Of a stretch of DNA of 64,000 nt, positions 40,076 to 49,322 are shown in pieces (position 1 is the first letter of the stretch; each line of letters opens with the position of its first letter). The notes beneath the pieces were generated by a model that made no database searches, was not told the DNA's origin, and was given only the letters and a program-made list of their open reading frames with translations. A program made the translations under genes and the position numbers. The DNA comes from Betaproteobacteria bacterium (GTDB lineage Bacteria; Pseudomonadota; Gammaproteobacteria; Burkholderiales; Casimicrobiaceae). The stretch spans positions 9,097 through 73,096 of the forward strand of contig JADKEV010000035.1 of NCBI GenBank assembly GCA_016717855.1. Reading direction: 5' to 3'.

Positions 40076-43000
40076 ATGAAAAACTATAGAGCCGCCCGTT
40101 TCGTGGTGGTTGGCGCGATGTTGATGTTCTTGTCTATCGTGGGGGCATCGGCCGCGACGTTTTATTACGACGCCTACGGTGGGTTCGTCAGCGGCACCGA
40201 CTCGCCCGCCGGATCGGGCACGTTCGTCAATGACCCTGATACCGCGACCGGCGGCACGTTCGACGTCGGCGCCAACGCCGATCCACGAATGGCCGCAGGG
40301 CGGTTCGTCGACGTAACCTGGGGCAACCCGAGCGGAGTGCTGGGGCCGTACGGCGGCAAAAGCGGCTTCGCGATTTCGAAGGTCGACAATGGCACCGTGA
40401 TTACGGACGGCACGGCCGTCGACTTTGGGAAGCTGACGCACTTCAATCGCCCGATCGGCGCGGGGTCCGACCTGGATTCGGTGCAACTCGACTGGCGGCT
40501 GCAACTCTTTGCAACCGCGATCGATGCGACGAATGACGTCAACCAGTTTCAAACTGTCGATCTCAACTTTACGATCTACAACTGGGAGACTCCGAACAGT
40601 CCGGCCTCGAATCCGGCCTACTCGATATCGACTGATGGTGGCGCGAGCTTTCACCTGGGGCCGTCCGGTGTGTGCCCGGGCAGCTATGCGGTGGGCACGC
40701 TGATCGTGGGACCCCTGGGGAAGATCTACCGGTCGCAGCAAATCGACGACATCACGATCAACCCGGCGTGGAACGGTGAGTGCGGTGATGCCCACGTCTA
40801 CGAAGGCAACATCGGCAACAACTATGACTTCGTCTACGCAGGACGCAACTACGTGCTGCAGCTCTCCGGCTTTTACAATGCACTGGGCGCCCTCACGGGT
40901 ACGTTCTGGGCATGCGAGAATCAGGCTTGCCTTGGCACGGTGAAACTCCTTATCGCGGATGTGACGCCGGATCTGGCAATCACCAAGACCGACGGTTCGC
41001 CCACGTACACGGCGGGCGCTCCGATCAGCTACAGCATCGTGGTCAGCAACGTCGGGCCGGGGAATGCGACGGGCGCGAGCGTGGCCGACACGGTGCCGGC
41101 GACGATCACCGGGGTGACGGCGAATTGCGTGGCGACGGGGACGGCGAGCTGCGGGACCAACGGGACGGTCGGCAATGCGGTGTCGTTCACCAACGTGGAC
41201 ATCGCCGCGGGTGCGGGCAACTTCCTGACCATCACGGTGGCCGGGACGGTGAATCCGGCAACGACGGGCAACCTGGTCAACACGGCGACGGTGACCACGG
41301 GCACGGGGCAGACCGATCCGACACCGGCCAACAACACGGCAACGGATACCGACACGGCGGCGCCGAGCACGGATCTGACGATCACCAAGACCGACGGTTC
41401 GCCCACGTACACGGCGGGCGCTCCGATCAGCTACAGCATCGTGGTCAGCAACGCCGGGCCGTCGAACGCGACGGGCGCGAGCGTGGCCGACACGGTGCCG
41501 GCGACGATCACCGGGGTGACGGCGAATTGCGTGGCGACGGGGACGGCGAGCTGCGGGACCAACGGGACGGTCGGCAATGCGGTGTCGTACACCAACGTGG
41601 ACATCGCCGCGGGCGCGGGCAACTTCCTGACCATCACGGTGGCCGGGACGGTGAATCCGGCAACGACGGGCAACCTGGTCAACACGGCGACGGTGACCGT
41701 GGGCACCGGGCAGACCGATCCGACGCCGGCCAACAACACGGCAACGGATACCGACACGCCGGCGCCGAGCACGGATCTGACGATCACCAAGACCGACGGT
41801 TCGCCCACGTACACGGCGGGCGCTCCGATCAGCTACAGCATCGTGGTCAGCAACGCCGGGCCGTCGAACGCGACGGGCGCGAGCGTGGTCGACACGGTGC
41901 CGGCAAGCATCACCGGGGTGACGGCGAACTGCGTGGCGACGGGAGCGGCGAGCTGCGGGACCAACGGGACGGTCGGCAATGCGGTGTCGTACACCAACGT
42001 GGACATCGCCGCGGGCGCGGGCAACTTCCTGACCATCACGGTGGCCGGGACGGTGAATCCGGCAACGACGGGCAACCTGGTCAACACGGCGACGGTGGCG
42101 GTGGGGACCGGGCAGACCGATCCGACGCCGGCCAACAACACGGCAACGGATACCGACACGGCGGCGCCGAGCACGGATCTGGCGATCACCAAGACCGACG
42201 GTTCGCCCACGTACACGGCGGGCGCTCCGATCAGCTACAGCATCGTGGTCAGTAACGCCGGGCCGTCGAACGCGACGGGCGCGAGCGTGGTCGACACGGT
42301 GCCGGAGACGATCACCGGGGTGACGGCGAACTGCGTGGCGACGGGGACGGCGAGCTGCGGGACCAACGGGACGGTCGGCAATGCGGTGTCGTACACCAAC
42401 GTGGACATCGCCGCGGGCGCGGGCAACTTCCTGACCATCACGGTGGCCGGGACGGTGAGTCCGGCAGCAACCGGCAACCTGGTCAACACGGCGACGGTGG
42501 CGGTGGGGACCGGGCAGACCGATCCGACGCCGGCCAACAACACGGCGACGGATACCGACACGCCGGCGCCGAGCACGGATCTGGCGATCACCAAGACTGA
42601 CGGATCGCCCACCTATGCGGCAGGCGCTCCGATCAGCTACAGCATCGTGGTCAGCAATGCCGGGCCGTCGAACGCGACGGGCGCAAGCGTGGCCGACACG
42701 GTGCCGGCAAACATCACCGGGGTGACGGCGAATTGCGTGGCGACGGGGACGGCGAGTTGCGGGACCAACGGGACGGCCGGCAATGCGGTGTCGTTCACCA
42801 ATGTGGACATCGCCGCGGGTGCGGGCAACTTCCTGACCATCACGGTGGCCGGGACGGTGAATCCGAACGCGACCGGCAACCTGGTCAACACGGCGACGGT
42901 GGCAGTGGGGACAGGGCAGACCGATCCGACGCCGGGCAACAACACGGCGACGGATACCGATACGCCTGCCGCCGTCGTCGTCGCTATCGGCAAGACTGCC

Positions 43001-43468
43001 AGTCCGTCAACGCCGGTTCCCGGCGGACCGCTGACCTTTACGATTACCGTCAGTAATATCGGACCGGGCTCCGCGAACAACTCGGTGCTGACCGACCCGG
43101 CGGTCCCGGGTTACACGGCGACAGGTGTCACCTGTTCCGCTTCGGGCGGCGCGGTATGTCCAGTGGGCACGCCGCAGCAACTCCTGGCGGCAATACAGAG
43201 TCCGGCTGGCCTGCTGCTTCCGACGTTCCCGTCCGGCAGTCAGATGACGTTCGTGATGACGGGCATATTCCAACTGACGAGCGGCGCACTGATGAATGTC
43301 GCAACGCTGACGCCGCCAATCGGAGTTCCGGGCGACGCGGGAGTCGGTACGGCTGTGGTCAACGCGATCGGGATGATTCCGACTCTCGGCGAGTACGGGC
43401 TGCTGACGCTGATGCTGCTGATGGCAGCTGCCGGTGGAGTATTCGTCCGGCGCGCGCGCGGCCGCTGA
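40076..43468 (+). CDS. Large surface protein: unassigned ~300-aa N-terminal domain, six DUF11-type repeat domains, IPTL-CTERM tail
   Basis: Signal peptide MKNYRAARFVVVGAMLMFLSIVGASA. Five copies of DL.ITKTDGSPTYTAGAPISYSIVVSN.GP.NATGASV.DTVP... are followed by one diverged copy. The C-terminus is GMIPTLGEYGLLTLMLLMAAAGGVFVRRARGR. Confidence 0.85.
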   Translation: MKNYRAARFVVVGAMLMFLSIVGASAATFYYDAYGGFVSGTDSPAGSGTFVNDPDTATGGTFDVGANADPRMAAGRFVDVTWGNPSGVLGPYGGKSGFAISKVDNGTVITDGTAVDFGKLTHFNRPIGAGSDLDSVQLDWRLQLFATAIDATNDVNQFQTVDLNFTIYNWETPNSPASNPAYSISTDGGASFHLGPSGVCPGSYAVGTLIVGPLGKIYRSQQIDDITINPAWNGECGDAHVYEGNIGNNYDFVYAGRNYVLQLSGFYNALGALTGTFWACENQACLGTVKLLIADVTPDLAITKTDGSPTYTAGAPISYSIVVSNVGPGNATGASVADTVPATITGVTANCVATGTASCGTNGTVGNAVSFTNVDIAAGAGNFLTITVAGTVNPATTGNLVNTATVTTGTGQTDPTPANNTATDTDTAAPSTDLTITKTDGSPTYTAGAPISYSIVVSNAGPSNATGASVADTVPATITGVTANCVATGTASCGTNGTVGNAVSYTNVDIAAGAGNFLTITVAGTVNPATTGNLVNTATVTVGTGQTDPTPANNTATDTDTPAPSTDLTITKTDGSPTYTAGAPISYSIVVSNAGPSNATGASVVDTVPASITGVTANCVATGAASCGTNGTVGNAVSYTNVDIAAGAGNFLTITVAGTVNPATTGNLVNTATVAVGTGQTDPTPANNTATDTDTAAPSTDLAITKTDGSPTYTAGAPISYSIVVSNAGPSNATGASVVDTVPETITGVTANCVATGTASCGTNGTVGNAVSYTNVDIAAGAGNFLTITVAGTVSPAATGNLVNTATVAVGTGQTDPTPANNTATDTDTPAPSTDLAITKTDGSPTYAAGAPISYSIVVSNAGPSNATGASVADTVPANITGVTANCVATGTASCGTNGTAGNAVSFTNVDIAAGAGNFLTITVAGTVNPNATGNLVNTATVAVGTGQTDPTPGNNTATDTDTPAAVVVAIGKTASPSTPVPGGPLTFTITVSNIGPGSANNSVLTDPAVPGYTATGVTCSASGGAVCPVGTPQQLLAAIQSPAGLLLPTFPSGSQMTFVMTGIFQLTSGALMNVATLTPPIGVPGDAGVGTAVVNAIGMIPTLGEYGLLTLMLLMAAAGGVFVRRARGR
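40970..42979 (+). repeat. Five tandem 402-bp (134-codon) near-identical coding repeats
   Basis: Repeat units start at 40970, 41372, 41774, 42176 and 42578. Shadow ORFs on the opposite strand recur with the same 402-bp period. Confidence 0.9.
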
Positions 43469-43492
43469 TGCGCTGACCGACGTCCTTCAAGT

Positions 43493-43545
43493 CAGGGCGC
43501 GTCCGACAGGAGAGAGGATCTCCTTGGGGCGCGCCCTGTTTTCTT
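43493..43545 (+). terminator. Probable rho-independent terminator of the adhesin gene
   Basis: Stem CAGGGCGCG ... CGCGCCCTG contains an inner AGGAG/CTCCT stem and is followed by TTTTCTT, 25 nt after the stop codon. Confidence 0.6.
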
Positions 43546-43625
43546 GTGGAGACATTGGAGACATTGGGGTCAGAGCAGGCATTTCCTTGGGCGCAAGACA
43601 ATAGAAGACCCTCGCGGGCGCCAAT

Positions 43626-43750
43626 CCCGCCGACCTGCCGGTGGAGCAACCGACCAGGTTCGAGTCGACATCAATCTGAAGACCGCCAAGGCGCTGGGCG
43701 TTGTGATTCCGCAGGCCATGCTGTTGCGCGCGGACGAAGTGATTCAATGA
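43626..43750 (+). pseudogene. C-terminal remnant of an ABC_sub_bind-type substrate-binding protein gene
   Basis: PADLPVEQPTRFE / (frame change) / INLKTAKALGVVIPQAMLLRADEVIQ-stop is the conserved C-terminal signature of that family. No upstream body is present. Confidence 0.6.
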
Positions 43751-43840
43751 CCGCGTTCCAGCGGGACGGAATTGGGCGCAATCGGGGTCAGAGCTGAAAG
43801 GCGCTTACGGAGGGTATTCCTGGAAGGGCATCGCCACTGC

Positions 43841-43981
43841 CGTAGGATGGGTGGAGCGTAGCGATACCCATCTCGTTGAATGGTATGGAACTGGTGTCGT
43901 GGCGCGATTGTCCCTTTGGCGCACGCGACGAGTCGTGCCCGAACGGGCAGATGGGTATCGCTACGCTCCACCCATCCTACG
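43841..43981. repeat. Perfect 33-bp inverted repeat pair separated by 75 bp (REP/MITE-like)
   Basis: CGTAGGATGGGTGGAGCGTAGCGATACCCATCT at 43841-43873 has its exact reverse complement at 43949-43981. Confidence 0.85.
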
Positions 43982-44056
43982 AAGCTACGATGCAAGCTCT
44001 TGTCGGCTCGACGAGCCCCAGAGCGCCATTCAACTCCGACCCTGGACTTACCGGAC

Positions 44057-46273
44057 TTATATGAACGCTTCCGCGCGCTTGAGCAGCGCGTCGATGCCCG
44101 GCTCGTTCGGATTGCGCGGCTTGCCCGGATGGATGATCGCGACCTGGCAGTTTTCGGCGGCTTCCACCAGTTGCGCATACGTGCCGGCGTTGATGTCGGC
44201 GATGTAGGCTTGCATGTTCCCGTTGTAGGCGAACATCTTGCCGTTGAGCTGCGTGCATTCGTTGCAGGTAGAACACCGCGGCGTGTCGATCCAGGCTTCG
44301 TCGGGCGAATGTTCCGCCTCCGGTTCCGCGGCCGCGCTCGCCGCGACGGCTGTGGCGGCTGCCGCCGGCGTGGCTGCCGGCACGGCGGCCGGTTGCGCCT
44401 CGGCTTCCTTCTGCATCCGTTCTTCCCAGGCCTTCTTCTCTCTGGCCAGCAGCTTTTCCGCATGCGAGTTGTGCACCCCGCCCAGCTCCTGCAGGCTGTG
44501 CCACATTTCGCGGCAGCGGCGGGCTTCCCGGATCAGGCGTTCGTCGACGATCACCCGCTGCAGCACGTTGTCGGCGTCGACCATCAGCACGCTGGGCACC
44601 TTGTCGGGCAAACCCTTGCGCTCGCGGCTCAGCGACTCGTCCACGGCAATCATGCTGCCGTTCCATTTCTCGCGCGGCACGCGCGCCAGGTGCCTGGCGT
44701 AGCGGCGGTCGCTGGCGACGAAGTCGACCAGCGTGAACGCGAGGTCCTCGGACACCCGCTGGTGCTGTTCGTCCTCGTAGGCGAAGCCCTGGATCGGCCA
44801 GTCCAGGTCCACCTGCGAGTTGCCTTCGAGGTAGAAGCGCGCCGCCCAGTTCGCCCCGGCGGACGGGTCGTAGGTGAACGCGGGGAAGGCGCGCGATTCC
44901 ATCGCGGCCGCCGACACCAGGTAGGGCGGCAGCCCGGACGCGGCGCCGTTGGCGCCCGAGTACACGCTGAACAGCGCGGGGCCGCCGAAGGTCAGCCCGC
45001 GCACGATGCGTTCGCGGAACCGGAACAGGTTGGAGCTGCTCGATTGCAGCACGTACGCTTCGTTCAGGCCTATGGCCATGTTGGCGACCTGCCTGCTGCG
45101 CAGGCCGGCGCTCAGGTTGCCGGCCCCGGCCGCCGCATCCTCGAGGATGTCGTCGATCTGCAGCAGCACCTTGATCTGCAGGCCGGAGGAGAGGATCTCC
45201 ATCAGCTGCGCATGTTCTTCCGCGTGCATCTTCGCCGCATTGAGGCAGACCAGGTAGTCGGGGAACGGCTCCAGGTCCTGCGGGTCGAGCCCGTTCGCGC
45301 CGAACTGCTCGAACAGCGCGTCGTGCCGCGCTTCGTTGTACTGGCCGTCGATCTCGAGCTGGGCGATGGCGATCGCCCGGGCCAGTTCGATCAGTCGGGG
45401 GCTGCGCTCGCGGAACGCCGCGAGCGCTTCGGCGCAGCTCTCGAACTCGAACGAGTAGGGGGCAGGGGCACCGGCCAGCGCGGCGGGCGCAGTCGCCGGG
45501 GGAAAGAACTGCTGCGCGTGCAGAACCGCCAGCAGCTCGCGTATCCGCTGCCGCCGGCTTTCGGGAAATGTGTCCTTCGGCAGCGCCGTGGCGAGCAGGT
45601 GCGACAGCGCATCGAAGTCGAACGAGCCGCCATAACCAGTCCCGACGGACTCCTGCAGGTGCGCCGGACTGCGGCCTGCCTCCGAGCGCGCGAAGTCGGC
45701 CTTGAGGATGTCGGAGAGCTTCTGCACCAGCCGGTCGAGATCCTTGCGGAAGCGTTCGGCCTTCTGTTTCTGGACGGCGCTCCAGGCATGGCGCAGCAGG
45801 CGCGCCGGCAGCGCGGCGTCGCAGATCGCCACTTCGCCGTCGACCTTGATCGCGGCGCGGGCGCGCTTGAAGCTGTCCGCGAGAGACGGGTCGGCATCCT
45901 TCGCCAGCCGGCTCGCGGCCGCATTCCAGAGCGCGGCGAGCGTCCCGCCGGCGCCGCCCTCGGCGAGGGCGCGGACTTCCTGTTCCAGCGCGAGGACGTG
46001 CTTCCGGATGCGCTCGGCGTCGCTGCCGCGCGCGGCGGTGGCCAGGGCGCCGTCGATCAGCCCGGAGAGCGACTGCACGCTCTGGCTGTCGGCGCGGCCC
46101 GGGACCAGCACCACCGGGAAGTCGTAGCGCAGCTGGCTGAGTTCGCGATAGCCGGCGAACAGCGCCGGACGCAAGTCCAGTCCGTCGACGGCATCCAGAT
46201 GCTCGGGCTGCCGCCTGCCGGTGAGGAAAAATGCAACGTGCGATTGGGTATCGGCTTCCATGTCTCTATCCAT
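44057..46273 (-). CDS. 738-aa conserved-looking protein of unknown function with a C-terminal mono-cluster ferredoxin-like domain
   Basis: The C-terminal ~75 aa read WIDTPRCSTCNECTQLNGKMFAYN...AENCQVAIIHPG (CxxCxxC...C). An Ala/Pro/Glu linker precedes this, and the ~640-aa N-terminal body has no motif I recognise. It is the last gene of the kor/nfn-like operon. Confidence 0.7.
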   Translation of the reverse strand: MDRDMEADTQSHVAFFLTGRRQPEHLDAVDGLDLRPALFAGYRELSQLRYDFPVVLVPGRADSQSVQSLSGLIDGALATAARGSDAERIRKHVLALEQEVRALAEGGAGGTLAALWNAAASRLAKDADPSLADSFKRARAAIKVDGEVAICDAALPARLLRHAWSAVQKQKAERFRKDLDRLVQKLSDILKADFARSEAGRSPAHLQESVGTGYGGSFDFDALSHLLATALPKDTFPESRRQRIRELLAVLHAQQFFPPATAPAALAGAPAPYSFEFESCAEALAAFRERSPRLIELARAIAIAQLEIDGQYNEARHDALFEQFGANGLDPQDLEPFPDYLVCLNAAKMHAEEHAQLMEILSSGLQIKVLLQIDDILEDAAAGAGNLSAGLRSRQVANMAIGLNEAYVLQSSSSNLFRFRERIVRGLTFGGPALFSVYSGANGAASGLPPYLVSAAAMESRAFPAFTYDPSAGANWAARFYLEGNSQVDLDWPIQGFAYEDEQHQRVSEDLAFTLVDFVASDRRYARHLARVPREKWNGSMIAVDESLSRERKGLPDKVPSVLMVDADNVLQRVIVDERLIREARRCREMWHSLQELGGVHNSHAEKLLAREKKAWEERMQKEAEAQPAAVPAATPAAAATAVAASAAAEPEAEHSPDEAWIDTPRCSTCNECTQLNGKMFAYNGNMQAYIADINAGTYAQLVEAAENCQVAIIHPGKPRNPNEPGIDALLKRAEAFI

Positions 46274-46324
46274 CTGCCTGATCCAGGCTTCTGCTTTCGG
46301 TTAAGGCGCGCGGGGCTTTCCGTC

Positions 46325-47311
46325 CTACGCGGCCTTTGCTTTCGCGTCCTGCGGCCAGACCGTGTACTTGTCCAGCTCCCGGTTGAACCCAGCCCGCGTC
46401 AGTTCGGGCGTGCGCAGCGTGTCCGGTCGCCGCAGGTCCTCGTAGCAGGGAACCTCCGGGTTGCGATACAGGATTCCGACCGGGATGGTCTCGTGGGACG
46501 ACGCGATCTCGCGCGCCCGGTCGATGTCCAGCGGGTCGTGCTGCAGCTGGTTCTTGTAGACGCGGCCCATGCCGGCGCTCACCTGGAGGCCGTTTTCGTG
46601 ATGCAGCAACTGCACCTTGTTCGGGTCGTGCAACCACGGGTCCAGCATTTTCGGCAGCCACTCCGGACAGCGCTGGACGATGCGCACGAACGACAGCCCC
46701 TTGTGGTGATAGGCCGCCTTGACGATGTCGAACAGGATCTCCGGCGCCCAGTCGACCGCCTGCGCGACGAAGGAGACGTTCTGCACTCCGAGCGTGACCG
46801 ACAGCGGATTCAGCGCTTCGAGGTAGCTCCCGCGCGGGGTGGTGTTGCTCTTGGTGCCGATCGGCGAGGTCGGCGACGCCTGCTTCTTGGTCAGCCCGTA
46901 GATCTGGTTGTCGTGCAGGAACACCGTGATGTTCATGTTGTAGCGGATCGCGTGGATCCAGTGCGCGGCGCCGATGCTGCAGCAGTCGCCGTCGCCGGTG
47001 TTGACGAACACGGTCAGGTCCGGCCGCGCCATCTTGACGCCCTCGGCGACCGGCAGCGCGCGCCCGTGGATGCCGTGGAAGCCGTAGGTCTTCATGTAAT
47101 GCGGAAAGCGGCTGGAGCAGCCGATGCCGGAGACGAACACCGTCTTTTCCGGGCGCAGCCCCTCGTCGCGGCACAGCCGCTGGACCGCCGCCAGGATGGC
47201 GTTGTCGCCGCAGCCGGTACACCAGCGCGGCACGCCGCTCTGATAGTCTTCGAGCTCGAAGTGTTCGTCGCACATCTGCAGCAGGCACTCCGTGGCGGAC
47301 ATCATGTTCAT
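46325..47311 (-). CDS. korB: 2-oxoacid:ferredoxin (acceptor) oxidoreductase, beta subunit
   Basis: WCTGCGDNAIL, GIGCSSRFP and the TPP-binding GDGDCCSIGAAHWIHAIRYN motifs are present. Confidence 0.9.
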   Translation of the reverse strand: MNMMSATECLLQMCDEHFELEDYQSGVPRWCTGCGDNAILAAVQRLCRDEGLRPEKTVFVSGIGCSSRFPHYMKTYGFHGIHGRALPVAEGVKMARPDLTVFVNTGDGDCCSIGAAHWIHAIRYNMNITVFLHDNQIYGLTKKQASPTSPIGTKSNTTPRGSYLEALNPLSVTLGVQNVSFVAQAVDWAPEILFDIVKAAYHHKGLSFVRIVQRCPEWLPKMLDPWLHDPNKVQLLHHENGLQVSAGMGRVYKNQLQHDPLDIDRAREIASSHETIPVGILYRNPEVPCYEDLRRPDTLRTPELTRAGFNRELDKYTVWPQDAKAKAA

Positions 47312-47334
47312 GGTGTGGTCACCTTTCGTTGCGG

Positions 47335-49245
47335 TTACTTGTTCAGCTTCTTGAGCATCACGCGGCGGATCGTGCCGGGCTTGATCGGCTGGCCCTTGAC
47401 TTCGCTCCAGCAGTCGACGTCGACCAGATAGCGCGCGCGCAGCAGGATGGCCACGGAGGAGTAGCGGCGGTTGGACTCGTCGATGATCTGGTCCTCGGGC
47501 CGGTCGCTCCAGTTGCTCTCGATGGTCATCACCTGCTTGAAGCCCTGCATGATTTCCTTGATCCCCGGCGGCAGCGGCTGCAGGAACTGCAGATGCATCG
47601 AAGACACCTTGTGCCCTTCGGCGCGCAGCGTCGTGACCGCTTCCTCGATCGCGCCCTTGGTGCTGCCCCAGCCGACCACCAGCAGGTCGCCCTCGGGATC
47701 GCCGAAGACCGGCGGCGCCTTCAGCGTCTTCTGCAGCGCGGCCAGCTTCAGGCTGCGAAAGCGCAGCGTCTGTTCGTTGATCTCGGCGTCGTAGGCGACA
47801 TGGCTGTCGCGATCGTGCGCGAGGCCGGTCAGCGTGTGCATCCCGCCCGGCTGGCCCGGGATGAAGCGGCGGGCGAGGCCGGTGTTCTCGTCCCAGTCGT
47901 AGGGCCGGGCGCCCGCGGGCACCGGGCTCTGGTCGACCGGCGGCGCCAGCCAGCTGTCGTTGAACTGCGGGCGCCGGAACGGCTGCTGCGACGTGGCCAG
48001 CCCGGCGTCGGTCAGGACCACGACCACCATGTTGAAGGTCTCGGCGATCTTGCGCGCGGTGATGATCGAGTAGAAGCATTCCTCGATCGTGCCCGGCGCC
48101 ATCACCACTTTCGGCGCATCGCCGTGGCTGCCGAAGATGGCCGCCATCAGGTCGCCCTGTTCCATCTTGGTCGGCTGGCCCGTGCTGGGGCCGCCGCGCT
48201 GGACGTTGACCACGACCAGCGGAATCTCGCCCATGACCGCGAGGCCGATCGCTTCCTGCTTGAGCGAATAGCCGGGGCCGGACGTGATGGTGACCGTGCA
48301 CTTGCTCGCATACGAGGCGCCGATGGCGAACGCGCACGCGGCGATCTCATCCTCGGCCTGGTGGACGATGCCCCCGACGTTCTCGAACACCTCGGACAGG
48401 TAGTGCGAGGCCGAGGTCGCCGGCGTGATCGGGTACATCGCGCAGATTTCCATTCCCGAGGCGAGCACGCCGAGCGCCAGCGCCGTGTTGCCGTTGACGA
48501 CGAGCTGCGGCTCGGTCGAGCGCACGGCCGGGATGCTGTAGCAGAAGTCGAGATTCGCCTCCGCCCACTTCTGGCCCGCCTCGAGCAGGCGGATGTTGGC
48601 GTCGACCACGCTCTGGTCTTTCTTGCCGAAGGCGAGCACGATCTGGTCCGCGGCGAGCTTCAGGTCCAGGCTGTAGAGCTGGCACAGCATGCCGAGGGCG
48701 AACATGTTCTTGCCCCGCCGCGGGTCCGACACCAGGGTCCGGCATTCGGCTTCCATCGGGATTTCGTAGACCTTGTAGCCGGCCGCCACCACACGCGCGT
48801 ACGTCTCGAGGTAGGACGCGGCGATCTTCGGGTCGTCGCTGGTGCGCCACATGCTCTCGAGCAGGATGATGCAGCCGGGCTTGAGTTCCTTCGCCCGCAC
48901 GCGCCCGAGCAGCACCTGCTCGTTGAACGCGACCACGAGGTCGGTTTCGTCGCCGCCGTTGGTGATGTAGCCGGCGCCGATGCGGATCCGGTTGCCGCTG
49001 GCCCCGGCGACGCTGCGCGCCGGCGGACGGATCTCGGCGGGGATGATCTCGGTGGTCCAGATGCCGTTGCCCATCTGCGCCGCGATCGCGCCCAGCGACT
49101 GGCCGCACTTCTGCGCGCCTTCGCCCGAGTCGCTGATGATCTCGATGATGTGCTCCTGCAGCCGGACCGGCGTCTTCTTCGCCGCCGGGGAGGCGGCCTT
49201 GCCGGCCGGCCGTTCAAGCGTTGTCTGCGTGGTCGTTTCGTTCAT
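47335..49245 (-). CDS. korA: 2-oxoacid:ferredoxin (acceptor) oxidoreductase, alpha subunit (fused gamma-alpha type)
   Basis: The 636-aa product has ...SGEGAQKCGQ..., MYPITPATSASHYL and GGPSTGQPTKMEQGDL motifs. Confidence 0.9.
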   Translation of the reverse strand: MNETTTQTTLERPAGKAASPAAKKTPVRLQEHIIEIISDSGEGAQKCGQSLGAIAAQMGNGIWTTEIIPAEIRPPARSVAGASGNRIRIGAGYITNGGDETDLVVAFNEQVLLGRVRAKELKPGCIILLESMWRTSDDPKIAASYLETYARVVAAGYKVYEIPMEAECRTLVSDPRRGKNMFALGMLCQLYSLDLKLAADQIVLAFGKKDQSVVDANIRLLEAGQKWAEANLDFCYSIPAVRSTEPQLVVNGNTALALGVLASGMEICAMYPITPATSASHYLSEVFENVGGIVHQAEDEIAACAFAIGASYASKCTVTITSGPGYSLKQEAIGLAVMGEIPLVVVNVQRGGPSTGQPTKMEQGDLMAAIFGSHGDAPKVVMAPGTIEECFYSIITARKIAETFNMVVVVLTDAGLATSQQPFRRPQFNDSWLAPPVDQSPVPAGARPYDWDENTGLARRFIPGQPGGMHTLTGLAHDRDSHVAYDAEINEQTLRFRSLKLAALQKTLKAPPVFGDPEGDLLVVGWGSTKGAIEEAVTTLRAEGHKVSSMHLQFLQPLPPGIKEIMQGFKQVMTIESNWSDRPEDQIIDESNRRYSSVAILLRARYLVDVDCWSEVKGQPIKPGTIRRVMLKKLNK

Positions 49246-49322
49246 GACTCTCTTTCGTCGCTGCCGTTGGGTGCGTGGTCAGGCAATGGGGCTGCGGGGA
49301 CCGTTTGGTCACCCGCGCGGCC

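Noticed and set aside
40912-42255. A 447-aa ORF with a striking periodic sequence (RGDGELRDQRDGRQCGVVHQRGHRRG...), plus the 125-147-aa minus-strand ORFs recurring every 402 bp.
   Set aside because: These are alternative-frame readings of the five DUF11 coding repeats. The periodicity comes from the adhesin gene itself.
40970-42979. Possible CRISPR array or other non-coding tandem array. The ~126-bp repeats at 58.6-59.1 kb were considered in the same way.
   Set aside because: The repeats are contiguous with no unique spacers, are far longer than CRISPR repeats, and are in frame within protein-coding genes. No cas genes are present.
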